DNA of 64,000 nt from Phormidesmis sp. (GTDB lineage: Bacteria; Cyanobacteriota; Cyanobacteriia; Leptolyngbyales; Leptolyngbyaceae). The translations under genes and the position numbers were made by a program. The notes under the pieces were generated by a model. That model did no database searches, was not told the origin of the DNA, and saw only the letters and a program-made list of their open reading frames with translations. Position 1 is the stretch's first letter. Each line of letters begins with the position of its first letter. The stretch spans positions 32,001 through 96,000 of the forward strand of contig CBDFJR010000005.1 of assembly GCA_965248535.1 (NCBI GenBank), given 5' to 3'. Below are positions 1 to 10,335 of this stretch, in pieces.

Positions 1-164
1 TCGATGTTTTTGAGGGCTTGAAACCGCTCGCTCCCCGATTTATAGACCATCTCTACGCCACGAGCGGCGATCGCGTTAATTTCTGTCCTCTCAAGACGAT
101 GAGAGAGATCAGTGTGAGCAGCACTCCCGGCACTGGGCAATAAATCGATCTGGGTAGCAGTCAT
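1..164 (-). CDS. ABC transporter ATP-binding protein (DevA/LolD-like), N-terminal part only; runs off the window edge
   Basis: Manual translation from ATG at 164: MTATQIDLL...AIAARGVEMVYKSGSERFQALKNID, a typical ABC-ATPase N-terminus; lies directly downstream of an ABC permease. Confidence 0.75.
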   Translation of the reverse strand, partial: MTATQIDLLPSAGSAAHTDLSHRLERTEINAIAARGVEMVYKSGSERFQALKNI

Positions 165-397
165 TCGTTACTCTATAGAAATGAAGGGATGTTAAACAGC
201 GTGTGGGAGCAAATCACAAGCTTTAATTCTGAACGGTAGCTACAGCCCCTAAAAGGCTAGATCCAGGTTTGGTTAGAAGCTTTAATCATATGATCTAGTC
301 TAGCTAGCCTCTCTGAGTTTTTGTCACAGAAGGAATTGAACTTTAGCGATCGCTGGTTACATATTTCACATATATTGCGGAATCTTAACAGTTTGTT

Positions 398-1648
398 TTA
401 AGCTTTGAAAACGATAGCCGGGTCAACACGGGTAACTTTTTGCACTGCAAATAGAGCAGATCCTACGCACATGACCACGGTCAAAATCAAAACGCCTCCG
501 GCGGTCGCGGGAGTGATCAAGATCATGATGCCCTTAGCGGTCTGAGTCCAGGCTCCGAGGGCCAGACAAAACGCCATGCTGGGAATGTATCCTAAAACCG
601 CCATCCACAGCGCTTGCTCTAAAATAACGCTGTATATAACCCAGTTTGACGCACCCATCGCTTTCAGAGTTCCAAACTCGCGCAGGTGGTCGGCAACCGA
701 AGAGTAGAGAATTTGACCGACGATCACCATACCCACGACAAACCCCACGGTGGCTCCGAGGCTGAGAATAAACCCGACTCCAGTCCGCTCTGACCAATAG
801 ACGCGAGTTTGCTCGGCGATTTCGGCGCGAGTGTAGGCGCGAGTGTCAGGCAGGGCCGCCTCTAAGCGCTGTTTCAATTGCTGCAAGTCTTGCCCTGGTT
901 TCGCCCGAACTAATACGTAGGAAATGGGGTCAGAGATGCTGAGGCTGCGAGGAGGGGTGAGAGCCGCAGGCTTGCCATTTAAGGGAGCGTTGTCAAAGTT
1001 GCTGATGCAGTTGAGATCGCCCTGAGTCTGCCGGGTGCAGTTGACTGAAGTGTTTAACCCAGCAGTTGCATAGGCGTTGGCGTTTTCTAACGACGTGAAG
1101 ATAAACAGGCTAGACACGATCGACTGGGTATCTTGAGACAGCGCCACAATTTGAGCCGGAAGCGTGCCGATTTTGCCCTGCTCTCCGAGTTGGGCTGGGC
1201 CTAGATTTTTTAAGCTGGCGCGATCGACGACGACTTTGAAGGGTTGTTTAGCATCTTCAAGATTGCCTTGACTAACATCCCAGCCTGCAAAGAGGCGACT
1301 GCTGGGATCAAAGCCAAAAATTCTGATGGGAGTAATGAGACCGGAGTTGCTGCGCCAAATGCTGGAGCGAATCATCAGCGCCTCGGCGCGCTCAACCCCT
1401 GAGACCCGTTGAGCTTGGACAACTTTTTCGGCCGCGATCGGGCTAGTCAACTCTAAATGCACCATGTCTTTAGAGGCCACCCACAGATCGGCCGTGGAGC
1501 GATCAATTAACAGTGCGGTCGATCGATTAAACCCTCTCAAAATGCCAACTTGAATCGTCACTAGACTGACAGCAAACATGATGCCAGCCTGAGCCACCAG
1601 AAATCGAGGGATGTCTTCAAAGAGATTTTTGCGGGCGATCGAGGCCAT
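398..1648 (-). CDS. ABC exporter permease, DevC/FtsX-like
   Basis: MASIARKNLFED N-terminus, large periplasmic domain, C-terminal ...EFGTLKAMGAS...VDPAIVFK; likely start ATG 1648 (ORF open to 1687). Confidence 0.88.
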   Translation of the reverse strand: MASIARKNLFEDIPRFLVAQAGIMFAVSLVTIQVGILRGFNRSTALLIDRSTADLWVASKDMVHLELTSPIAAEKVVQAQRVSGVERAEALMIRSSIWRSNSGLITPIRIFGFDPSSRLFAGWDVSQGNLEDAKQPFKVVVDRASLKNLGPAQLGEQGKIGTLPAQIVALSQDTQSIVSSLFIFTSLENANAYATAGLNTSVNCTRQTQGDLNCISNFDNAPLNGKPAALTPPRSLSISDPISYVLVRAKPGQDLQQLKQRLEAALPDTRAYTRAEIAEQTRVYWSERTGVGFILSLGATVGFVVGMVIVGQILYSSVADHLREFGTLKAMGASNWVIYSVILEQALWMAVLGYIPSMAFCLALGAWTQTAKGIMILITPATAGGVLILTVVMCVGSALFAVQKVTRVDPAIVFKA

Positions 1649-1809
1649 GGGCAGGAAGGGGGAACGCGGAAGAGTAGTTCTAGTCACATTGACACGTTAC
1701 ATTGCTCTAGTCTATGCAAAATGACTGCTCCCATGTTCCACCCGTTCCTAACCGAGGACACTATTTGAAGTGTCTGTGCTGGCGATCGGTCGTCTACCGA
1801 GACCGAACT

Positions 1810-3213
1810 TTAACCTCGCACTCCAACTAAGGCTGCGGCAGATAGGTGTTCTGGCAGCGATTGACTTAAGCGATGTCCATAGAGCGCCAGCGCGTTGCCG
1901 TTGAGCAGCAGGCTGAGGTGATCGCGATCGTAGTCTGCTACGTCGGCGGCGGACTTAACACAATCCTTAAGCACCCCATCCCAGTGACCATAGTCACCCG
2001 AAAAGCAAGTCAGGTGCTTGCCCATTTCACCCATGGCCATCGGCAGATAAGCCGGAGCGGGATCATCTGACTCAAAGGAGGTGAAGATCTGGCCGCGGCC
2101 AAAATAGTCCATCGGGTCGCGGTGGCGCAGATCGTAGTGCTCGTAGAGGCTAGCATCGTCGATTTGCGTCGGGTCATGCTGCTTAGTCCACAGCAGGTCA
2201 AACAGGTTTTTGGCCTGGCTAATGATGTTGCTGTTGTTGTGAATGCCGCGCTCTTGAATCATCAGCTTCGTGAATTCCATCAGCGACGGGCGATAGGGAT
2301 GTTTGGGGTCAAAGTCACGAATGCGCTTTTCCCAGTGTTCATGAAAGGCGTGAGCCAAGTCAGGCAGCCAGCCACAGCCCCCTTCAAGAAAGCCAACCCG
2401 CAGCGTTGGAAAGCGCTCGAACACGCCATCAAAGACCATCCGCGCTAGGGCCATCTGCTGTTGGTTGCGCTGCACAAAAATATGACTGAGCACAAACGTC
2501 TCCATGTGGTCAGCAATGCCGCTAACCATATAGGAACCCGGCCCACCGTGAATGCCGATCGAGACATTGAGATCAACTGCCGCTTGCAAAATTGGCTCAA
2601 AATCGGGGTGACTGAGGGTTTTGCAAGTGCGAATCTCAGGAAACGCATCGGGCGCTTTGGGGTGCGGAACGGCGATGTTGGGCGCAATCGACACGCCGAT
2701 CATGCCAAGCTCGTTGACGCAGCGATACATTTCTTTGACGGCTTCGTTGACATCTTGCATGGGCAAAACGCCGATCGGTTTGAGGCGATTGTCATAGCCT
2801 CGGCAGTCGTCAGCCATGTAGTTGTTATAGGCCCGACAGAGAGCAACGCCCAGATCTTTGTCTAAATAAGAAGAGTAGCTCAAAGTCCAAGTGCCGTAGA
2901 TCACCTGCACGTCAATGCCTTCGCGATCCATGTGTTCGATTCGCACTTGGTTAAACATCGCCCCTAGAGTCGTTTCGGGGTGAAGGTTGCGAAAGCCGCC
3001 TTTGCCTAAACCTTGGGGTTGAGGGTAGAGCCGTTCTAAGTCGTTTTTGCCAGTTGCGGGGTTGAAATCGACGATTCGCATTCTCTGATCGCCCAAGTTA
3101 TCGACGACCAAGCCGACGCGATCGCGATATTGTGGCTCAATATAGTCACGAATCACGAGGGGATTCTCAATTTTGTGAGCGTCTGCGTCGATGACTAGCA
3201 AATCTTGATACAT
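1810..3213 (-). CDS. Amidohydrolase family protein (Amidohydro_2 type)
   Basis: IDADAH metal motif, MDREGIDVQV, IGIHGG, LRVGFLEGGCGWLP, FSGDYGHWD. Confidence 0.85.
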   Translation of the reverse strand: MYQDLLVIDADAHKIENPLVIRDYIEPQYRDRVGLVVDNLGDQRMRIVDFNPATGKNDLERLYPQPQGLGKGGFRNLHPETTLGAMFNQVRIEHMDREGIDVQVIYGTWTLSYSSYLDKDLGVALCRAYNNYMADDCRGYDNRLKPIGVLPMQDVNEAVKEMYRCVNELGMIGVSIAPNIAVPHPKAPDAFPEIRTCKTLSHPDFEPILQAAVDLNVSIGIHGGPGSYMVSGIADHMETFVLSHIFVQRNQQQMALARMVFDGVFERFPTLRVGFLEGGCGWLPDLAHAFHEHWEKRIRDFDPKHPYRPSLMEFTKLMIQERGIHNNSNIISQAKNLFDLLWTKQHDPTQIDDASLYEHYDLRHRDPMDYFGRGQIFTSFESDDPAPAYLPMAMGEMGKHLTCFSGDYGHWDGVLKDCVKSAADVADYDRDHLSLLLNGNALALYGHRLSQSLPEHLSAAALVGVRG

Positions 3214-3246
3214 GAAGTTCCCTGTAGTGTAGGTTTGTGGAGCGAG

Positions 3247-3564
3247 TTAGGCGTTTGCCTTGGGCTTAAGATGCTGCCAGACTTGGCGTAGACCAAACCA
3301 ATGCTCAAAAGACCAAGCGAGAGAAGCCAAAATCGTGATGCCGGGATATTTGACAAAAGCGGGTTCGTTTTTCTCAAAAAAGGCGTGTCCACCTAGGGCA
3401 AACACTTGGGTTAGCAATAGACAAACGAGGGTCATCCGCCAGTCATAAAACAAGTAGATGACGGCGGCGATCGCTAACAAATTGGTCAGATGGTGCAGCG
3501 CTTGATTGATCGGGTTTTGGTGAGAGGCGACAAAATGCGCCTTTGCCGCTCGGAAGTAGCTCAT
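3247..3564 (-). CDS. Mpo1-like / DUF962 small membrane protein
   Basis: SHQNPINQALH and GGHAFFEKNEPA motifs flanking hydrophobic segments. Confidence 0.8.
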   Translation of the reverse strand: MSYFRAAKAHFVASHQNPINQALHHLTNLLAIAAVIYLFYDWRMTLVCLLLTQVFALGGHAFFEKNEPAFVKYPGITILASLAWSFEHWFGLRQVWQHLKPKANA

Positions 3565-3699
3565 AGTGCTTCTCCCCGTTCTTTTTAATGGGATTTTGGA
3601 ACGATAGCACGGAGAAATTTAGGAGGCGAAGGAGCGATCGAAAGTTTTTGGAATTGGCGCTGAATTTTCTGAAAACTGCCGCAAAACTGAGTTTCTAGC

Positions 3700-4197
3700 T
3701 TAAAACCAGCGCAGTTGCCAGTAGTTTTTTTGAGGTTGACTTAACTCTTGCTCGGTCAGCCAATCGACCTGCTTATAGGTGCCAAAGACGTGATCCCACC
3801 AGTCTACGGCGAGGCCAAAGTTATGATTCCACATGCCATATTTGTGATGAACATAGTGGACAGGCATCTGCATCCAAAAGCACTTAGTCGGGTTTTCGTG
3901 CTGTAGCTGGTGGGCATAAGACGAAAACGCTGCATAGACAAAGCCGCCCAAAAACCAGCCGATGCCTGCTGTCATTGAGTGAAAGAACATCAAACACAGG
4001 ATGATGAACGTCCCTCTTATGTAGTCACGAAACTCCCACAGCACGCCTTGGGCCTCGTTGCGACGATGGTGATCGCGGTGGCGTTCGCCAATTTTGGGTG
4101 ACACATGCATCAACCGATGCAGCCAATATTCAACTAAGCTGGCCAACACAAACGCGATCGTAAAACAGATCACTCCCACTCCTAGTTTTACTAGCAC
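3700..4197 (-). CDS. Sterol desaturase / fatty acid hydroxylase family protein
   Basis: Di-iron His boxes HRLMH, HRDHH, HQLQH, HYVHH; NFG..VDWWDHVFGT. Confidence 0.85.
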   Translation of the reverse strand: MLVKLGVGVICFTIAFVLASLVEYWLHRLMHVSPKIGERHRDHHRRNEAQGVLWEFRDYIRGTFIILCLMFFHSMTAGIGWFLGGFVYAAFSSYAHQLQHENPTKCFWMQMPVHYVHHKYGMWNHNFGLAVDWWDHVFGTYKQVDWLTEQELSQPQKNYWQLRWF

Positions 4198-4462
4198 CGC
4201 AGTCGCTCCTTGAAGATCTTTTTAGTATTGTGCCAATAAACTGCCTTGCCCTGGATGAATGGGGCCGCAAAAGGTGCCCGATCGCGTTATTCATCCAGAC
4301 GGTCTCAGGAATGCGATCTTTAAGGACAGCAGTCAGGATGATAGGGCAGTGGACTCCCTGCAAAACCGCCTCGCCGCCGCCAAAAATCATCCCGCAATGT
4401 TGACTCGACTGCGTTAAATTGACTAGAGTCAAAGGCTTAACCCTCTTCAGGTTTCTCAGCTT

Positions 4463-4693
4463 ATGCGCTATGTTGATCATCGGTGGATGAACCCGCCCGC
4501 CCCACCAGAGGCTGAGATTTTTGGGGTTTACGAGTCCACCCATCGGTTTTATCAAGAAGCGCACTATCGAGAAGACTGCGATCGCGCCAGTGAGTGGTAT
4601 CACACGATCGCATCTCAAAATCGCCGCGAACTTGAAAAAATGCGCGGCGATATCAATATATTTGGCTGGTTTTGTCGCCAGCGAGAGCGCTGA
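4463..4693 (+). CDS. Small hypothetical protein
   Basis: 76-aa ORF with ATG start and protein-like composition (ending MRGDINIFGW); converges with ftrV. Confidence 0.65.
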   Translation: MRYVDHRWMNPPAPPEAEIFGVYESTHRFYQEAHYREDCDRASEWYHTIASQNRRELEKMRGDINIFGWFCRQRER

Positions 4694-4698
4694 AACCC

Positions 4699-4920
4699 CT
4701 AAATGACCTCAATCTCAAACTCTTGGAGATGCACTTTGAGCTTAGGGCCAAGCTTAACCAAAATCGGAAAATTGGCGCTAACAGGTCTGCCATGCCACTC
4801 AGTCACGATCGCCAACACGTCGCCTTCTTGCCCCTTGATGTCGAGCGGTTGGCTCCGATGTTCTGGATGATGATAAATAATGACAGATTCAATCACGCGA
4901 ATGCGAGCACCAACTTCCAT
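4699..4920 (-). CDS. ftrV: Ferredoxin-thioredoxin reductase, variable chain
   Basis: MEVGARIRVIESVIIYHHPEHR...GRPVSANFPILV...HLQEFEIE; start at ATG 4920. Confidence 0.92.
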   Translation of the reverse strand: MEVGARIRVIESVIIYHHPEHRSQPLDIKGQEGDVLAIVTEWHGRPVSANFPILVKLGPKLKVHLQEFEIEVI

Positions 4921-5074
4921 AATCCTTAGCGTTTCATTGTCAAGAGCATTCACCACGATCAGTCGCACCTAACTGGGCTTATCGATAGCTTTTTTATCTT
5001 TGCACAAGAGCGTCCCCTTCTTACGGTTTGCCGAAACTCTTGAGGAGAATCACTGGCATTGATCACCTGTGTCG

Positions 5075-6910
5075 TCAGCGCCCGATCGCCGATCGCAGCC
5101 ATTTTTCTGTCGAGTCGCGCCACTGTTGAAACCCAGTCGCGTCTAGTGAGTGCCAGATGCCGATTCCCACCGGGCCGCTTAACATCAGCATCAACAGAAT
5201 TCTCACCGTCAGCCCTAATGGGCCTGCTTTTCTGCGTTTAGGGGAAATCACCGCTTCGGTGACGGGCATCGCGATCGCGGGCAGGCTTAGGGTCGAGTCT
5301 GTCGGCAGGGCGCTAGCCTTAGGGTCACTGGGCAGCCGCATCTCTGGCAACGGCGAAGAAACGTGGCAATAGGTGAGCACGATCGAGGTGTTGTCATGGC
5401 CGTTTTTCTGATTTGCCAGGTCAATCCACGCCCGAACCGCAGACTCTAAAGAGACTTTTTCTTTGAGAATCCGATCGGCATAGTCGTGCCAAGACTGCTC
5501 AACCAAGCCCCCATCGCTCAACCCGTCAGAGCACAGCAGCAGCAGTCCGTCTTCTTCTAAAATAAATCGCTGCACGCTGGGGGTTAAAAACTGACTGTCT
5601 CGCGTGCCGAGAGCCTGAGTCAACGACCCCGCATCTGGGCGTTTGAGCACCTCTCGATAGAGCGATCGCCCGTGTTTGATTTCTCGCGTCACCACATCGT
5701 CATCCACTGTCAGTTGGTGGCAATAGTGAGACGTGATCCAATAAGCGCGGCTGTCTCCGACGTTGACGAGATAGAGTTCGTGAGCGTTGTTGGCGACGGC
5801 CCCACCGGGCAGCCTGACGCGCTGCGGAATCTGAAGGGCCATCACCAGCGTGGTGCCCATGCGTCGTCGGGCTTCTCGCGCTTGGTCATCGTTTTGGGCA
5901 GAAATCATATTGTTGACGACCCGCACGATCGCCGCTAGCTGCTCGGCTAACAAATCGGGCGGCATCGGCTCAGACTGTTGGGAAACCTCCGTCAACAAGG
6001 CTTTGATCTGAAGCTGAAGCGACTGCACCGCGAGTTGACTGGCAACTTCGCCACCTTCATGGCCGCCAATGCCATCACAGACGATCGCCAATCGCGGACT
6101 CAGGTCATCATGGGGCTGGGTGCGCGTGTCAGCCGTTAAGGGATAGCAGGTGTCTTCATTGTGCGATCGCACTGCGCCAACATCAGTGGCTCCCACAACC
6201 TGCAATCTGAGGGGCAAGCGCGCCGACTGCTCAATCAACAGTTGGTTTAACTGGGTCGAGACGGCGTGGAGGCTGGCTCCTTGCTGCATGGTTGCACAGA
6301 GATCGGTGAGTGAGTCTACGATCGTCGATTTTGACTCTGACACCCACACCAGCCAGCACTGCGCTAAATTTGCCAGGTCAGGGTTGAGAAAGGAGGCTCT
6401 AGCGTGGATGGGGTCTTCTGAATCTCTGATCAATTCTTTGAGCCTGACGCGCCACCCTTCGACTCGCAGATTATCGGGTGACAGCAGACTTGAGGCCACA
6501 TTTAAGGTCAAAAGTGGAGTCCAAAGCTGCAAGATCTGCCACAGCCAGTAGACTTGGCGCACCGCAGAGGCGTGAGTCCACGCTTCAAAAATGGCGGGTT
6601 GCAGGTCGCCTGTGGGCTTTAACGGGGCGTTTTCTAATAGCAAAATCTCCCGATCGTTCGCATCGTCACGGCAAAACCCATAGACTTGAGGCACATGCAG
6701 GCGATGGGCATAGAGGTGCAAATAGGGCAGCGCTTCGTCAGGCAGCAGGGCAGGCACCTGAGGCTCAAGGTGGGTCTGCGTGTCTAGCCAGATGTGAGGA
6801 GCGACCACCTGATAGCGATCGGACTCTACGATCGTGCCCGGTAGCTTTTGGGCAGCGACCTCTCCCACGGCCCAGAGATACTGATGCTCCTGCGATTGCA
6901 AACTGCTCAT
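5075..6910 (-). CDS. PP2C-family Ser/Thr protein phosphatase with N-terminal extension and C-terminal TM helix
   Basis: TDVGAVRSHNED, VCDGIGGHEGGEVAS, MGTT, NVGDSRAY, LCSDGLSD, GHDNTS. Confidence 0.9.
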   Translation of the reverse strand: MSSLQSQEHQYLWAVGEVAAQKLPGTIVESDRYQVVAPHIWLDTQTHLEPQVPALLPDEALPYLHLYAHRLHVPQVYGFCRDDANDREILLLENAPLKPTGDLQPAIFEAWTHASAVRQVYWLWQILQLWTPLLTLNVASSLLSPDNLRVEGWRVRLKELIRDSEDPIHARASFLNPDLANLAQCWLVWVSESKSTIVDSLTDLCATMQQGASLHAVSTQLNQLLIEQSARLPLRLQVVGATDVGAVRSHNEDTCYPLTADTRTQPHDDLSPRLAIVCDGIGGHEGGEVASQLAVQSLQLQIKALLTEVSQQSEPMPPDLLAEQLAAIVRVVNNMISAQNDDQAREARRRMGTTLVMALQIPQRVRLPGGAVANNAHELYLVNVGDSRAYWITSHYCHQLTVDDDVVTREIKHGRSLYREVLKRPDAGSLTQALGTRDSQFLTPSVQRFILEEDGLLLLCSDGLSDGGLVEQSWHDYADRILKEKVSLESAVRAWIDLANQKNGHDNTSIVLTYCHVSSPLPEMRLPSDPKASALPTDSTLSLPAIAMPVTEAVISPKRRKAGPLGLTVRILLMLMLSGPVGIGIWHSLDATGFQQWRDSTEKWLRSAIGR

Positions 6911-7110
6911 GCACTTAAAACCGTATATTGTAGGGCGTTTGTGACCGACTCAATCCTGCGAAAAATGAAGCATTGCGGAATTGACCGGGCACTCTTTGAA
7001 GAATGAATTAAATCGCTTAACTCGGTTGATCAGGATAGCCGATTTTGAGCATGTCGGCTGTCAAACTCTGACGAATCAGTCAGCGATCGTGAATCTGCTC
7101 TTTTAAAACT

Positions 7111-7545
7111 ATGCCTCTGACTCCGACCATGATTTGGCTTTTAGCAGGTGTGATGCTCTGCATCATTGAGTTTGTGGTGCCTACGGCATTTGTCGCCTTT
7201 GTGATGGGGCTGAGTGCGTTGGTGGTGGCCGCCTTTGCAGGGGTGCTCTCTCCAAGTTTGCAGATCCTGCTCTGGGTGGGGCTGTCTCTGCTGATGGTGT
7301 TGGGGTCTCGGCAGTTTATCAGCCGCAGAGTCGCCTTAAAACTGGATGCCACCGAAGCCGAAACGATCACCGAAATTCTGCCAGGGAAGCTGGGGCGGGT
7401 GCTCTATGAAGGAAACTCGTGGAGCGCTCGCTGCGAAACGGGAGATGAGGCGATCGCCCCTCATCAAAAAGTCTATGTCGTCGGCCGCAAAGGAACGACG
7501 CTAATCATCGTGCCAGAAGCGTTGGCACACGAGCCATCATCATGA
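7111..7545 (+). CDS. NfeD-like protein
   Basis: Three hydrophobic helices plus GRVLYEGNSWSARC OB-fold; upstream of an SPFH gene. Confidence 0.88.
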   Translation: MPLTPTMIWLLAGVMLCIIEFVVPTAFVAFVMGLSALVVAAFAGVLSPSLQILLWVGLSLLMVLGSRQFISRRVALKLDATEAETITEILPGKLGRVLYEGNSWSARCETGDEAIAPHQKVYVVGRKGTTLIIVPEALAHEPSS

Positions 7546-7588
7546 CAACCATTCAAAAACACCATTCAAAAACTAGGAGCCTAAATCT

Positions 7589-8536
7589 ATGTGGGGTTGG
7601 TTAATTGCAGTGTGCATAGGAGCCGGGGCCATTTCTAGCGTCAAGATTATTCAGCAGGGCAATGAGGCTCTAGTAGAGCGGTTGGGGAGCTACGATCGTA
7701 AGCTCGGCCACGGACTCAGCTTTGTGATCCCCGGTCTCGATCGCCTGGCCTTTCAAGAAACCGTGCGCGAAAAAGTGCTAGAAATTCCGCCGCAGCCCTG
7801 CATCACCCGCGATAACGTCTCGATCACCGTCGATGCGGTCGTCTACTGGAAGATCGTAGACATGGAGCGGGCCTATTACAAAGTTCAAAATCTCAATGCT
7901 GCCGTGGTCAATCTAGTTCTGACTCAAATTCGGGCTGAGATGGGTCAGATTGAGTTGGATGAGACGTTTACGGCACGAGCGCAGATCAATGAAATCTTGC
8001 TGCGAGATCTCGATGTGGCCACCGACCCCTGGGGCGTGAAAGTCACTCGTGTCGAGCTACGCGACATCATTCCGTCAACGGCTGTGCAAGAATCGATGGA
8101 ATTGCAGATGTCAGCCGAGCGTCGCAAACGCGCCTCGGTGTTGACCTCTGAGGGAGAACGAGAATCAGCCGTCAACTCTGCGAGGGGCAAAGCTGAAGCT
8201 CAAGTGCTAGATGCAGAAGCCCGTCAAAAATCTGTCGTTCTTGCCGCTGAAGCCGAGCAAAAGAGCATTGTGCTCAAGGCCCAAGCCGAGCGACAGCAGC
8301 AGGTGCTTCGCGCCCAGGCGACGGCTGAAGCGATTCAAATCGTCACTCAAGCGTTGAAGGGCGACCCCCGCGCCGCCGAAGCTGGCAAAGTTTTGCTGGC
8401 CCTCAGCTATTTAGAGATGGGCACGATCGTGGGCAAGAGCGACAGCAGCAAAGTCATGTTTATGGACCCGCGCAGCATTCCGGCGACGCTGCAAGGCATG
8501 TTGTCGATCGTCGATGACCCTAACGGCAAAGCTTAG
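7589..8536 (+). CDS. SPFH/stomatin (band 7) protein
   Basis: [46 protein letters not shown]. Confidence 0.93.
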   Translation: MWGWLIAVCIGAGAISSVKIIQQGNEALVERLGSYDRKLGHGLSFVIPGLDRLAFQETVREKVLEIPPQPCITRDNVSITVDAVVYWKIVDMERAYYKVQNLNAAVVNLVLTQIRAEMGQIELDETFTARAQINEILLRDLDVATDPWGVKVTRVELRDIIPSTAVQESMELQMSAERRKRASVLTSEGERESAVNSARGKAEAQVLDAEARQKSVVLAAEAEQKSIVLKAQAERQQQVLRAQATAEAIQIVTQALKGDPRAAEAGKVLLALSYLEMGTIVGKSDSSKVMFMDPRSIPATLQGMLSIVDDPNGKA

Positions 8537-8622
8537 AATCGCTAATTCTCTCCCTCTCCAAACTCGCCCATTCTGAAGAAACTACAGTTTTCTCTCAGAG
8601 TGGGAATTTTTTTGCGGGAGTG

Positions 8623-9009
8623 TCAATCGTTCTCAGCTTGACATTGGGTGCACAAGCCAAAAAACTCCAGCATGTGATAGTAGATTTTAAACTGATAAGA
8701 CTTATGTAGCTGTTCTTCTAGATTGTGAACCGGGCACTCGTCGATCGGAATCGAGCTACCGCACTGCACACAGGTCAAATGGTGCCTGTCTTCTTGAACC
8801 AGGCTATAGAGCGCCTCCCCATTGGGCAACGTTCTTACCTGCACCATTCCCTCTAGCTTCAGGGCTTCTAGACCCCGATAGACCGTCGCCAGCCCCATGC
8901 TTTGCTCGCGGCTGCGAAGTTCGACATAAAGATCTTGGGCTGAGATGGCTCGGTTGAGAATTTTTAAGGTTGTCAGGAGGCGTTCTTGGCTGCGGGTGCG
9001 GGTTCTCAT
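8623..9009 (-). CDS. zur: Fur-family regulator, cyanobacterial Zur/FurB type
   Basis: RTRSQERLL, MGLATVYRGL, HHLTCVQC, EFFGLCTQC. Confidence 0.85.
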   Translation of the reverse strand: MRTRTRSQERLLTTLKILNRAISAQDLYVELRSREQSMGLATVYRGLEALKLEGMVQVRTLPNGEALYSLVQEDRHHLTCVQCGSSIPIDECPVHNLEEQLHKSYQFKIYYHMLEFFGLCTQCQAEND

Positions 9010-9151
9010 GAGAATAGGTACGATCGTCCAAAGAGAGTCTAAAAAGTTGTCTACCCTAATTGTAGAAGTTCGGCTGTTTTCATCTAGCTGCGGTCTTAGA
9101 ATAAAAAGGCTGTCACTTTAAGACAGTCTTTTTAGCAATCAGGACACGGCC

Positions 9152-9433
9152 GTGACTCACACCTATCAGGCTCAGATCTATGTTACCCTCCGTCCTTCGG
9201 TCTTAGACCCTGCGGGAACGGCAGTCAAGTCTGGGCTGTCGCACATGGGGCATCACAACGTTGAGCAAATTCGCATTGGCAAATATGTCGAGTTGACGAT
9301 CGCCGCAGACAGCGAAGACTCAGCCCGTCAGCAGTTAGACCAGATCTGTGATCAGCTTCTCGCAAACCCCGTGATCGAAAACTATCGATTTGACTTGCAG
9401 ACGTTGCCGACCCCTGTGGGCGCAGATGTCTAG
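9152..9433 (+). CDS. purS: Phosphoribosylformylglycinamidine synthase subunit PurS
   Basis: VTLRPSVLDPAGTAV, IRIGKYVEL, CDQLLANPVIENY. Confidence 0.95.
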   Translation: MTHTYQAQIYVTLRPSVLDPAGTAVKSGLSHMGHHNVEQIRIGKYVELTIAADSEDSARQQLDQICDQLLANPVIENYRFDLQTLPTPVGADV

Positions 9434-10335
9434 GGAGTGTTTTAAAACTACAACCAAAGTTGGATAGAAGCTAAAGTCAGCATGGCAAGGTAGTTTTCCG
9501 CTTTTTTCTCATATCGAGTTGCAATGCGGCGAAACTGCTTCAAGCGATTGAAACAACGCTCTACAACATTTCTGGTTCGGTAGATCGCCTGGTCAAACCG
9601 ACCGCGATGTTTCTCATTGCTCTTACGTGGGATGGTGAAGCGAATGCCGCGACGACGCAGGTAACGTCGGATTGCACCACTGCTATAGCCTTTGTCCCCA
9701 ACCACCCGATGAGGACGCAAGCGTGGACGACCTCGGTGGGGTCGCTTGACGGCTCCTTGTTCCATCAGTTGCTCAAACACGACGGTTTCATGCCGTTCTC
9801 CAACGGTGAGCAAAAACGTGATAGGCAGTCCATTACCATCGCAGCGCAGATGGATTTTGGTGCTGAAGCCCCCTTTCGAGCGTCCTAATGCTTCGCGTTG
9901 CTGCACTTGCTCAATCTCACTGAGCGAACTCTCTGGGTCGAGTGCCCCCTTTTTGCACCCGCCGAGTGTTGATGAGCGCGAATCACACTGCCGTCGACAT
10001 GATGAACCTCCCAGTTCAATTTGCCTTCGGCATCCGCTTGCTGCTGCAAGGTCTGAAGAATCTGATTCCAGATGCCACTGCGTCGCCAACGGTAGAACCG
10101 TCCCGATACCGTCTCCCATGCACCGTAGCGCTCTGGCAAATCGCGCCACGGTGCACCCGTTCTGAATCCACGAAAACGTTGTTTGGGCGACCCACAGTGG
10201 GCTTCTCAGGCGGATTTAAGGGGTTGAGACGTTGCCATTGAGCATTCGTTAAGTTTGCAGTTGGTTGTGGAAGGATCATCCCTGAGTTGTCTCTAGGCGC
10301 AGATAAAACACCTAGATGTTGTTAGAAAAACTCCC
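9433..10335 (-). mobile_element. IS5-family insertion sequence, degenerate (~900 bp)
   Basis: Transposase pieces in three frames (LTNAQWQRL..GRP; PERYGAWETVSGRFYRW..DGSVIRAHQH; LGRSKGGFSTKIH..GDKGY..RNVVERCFNRLKQFRRIATRYEK); imperfect terminal IRs GGGAGTGTTTTAAAAC (9433-9448) and GTTAGAAAAACTCCC (10321-10335). Confidence 0.88.
9448..10279 (-). pseudogene. IS5-family transposase with an A5G5 -1 slippery junction and a disrupted N-terminus
   Basis: AAAAAGGGGG on the minus strand at 9945-9954 joins the two halves; a further deletion/frameshift near 10160-10180 removes part of the expected NGILWILRTG motif. Confidence 0.8.

Noticed and set aside
7548..7573. 13-bp tandem duplication ACCATTCAAAAAC x2 between nfeD and the SPFH gene
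   Set aside because: Only two copies; consistent with local slippage, no function evident
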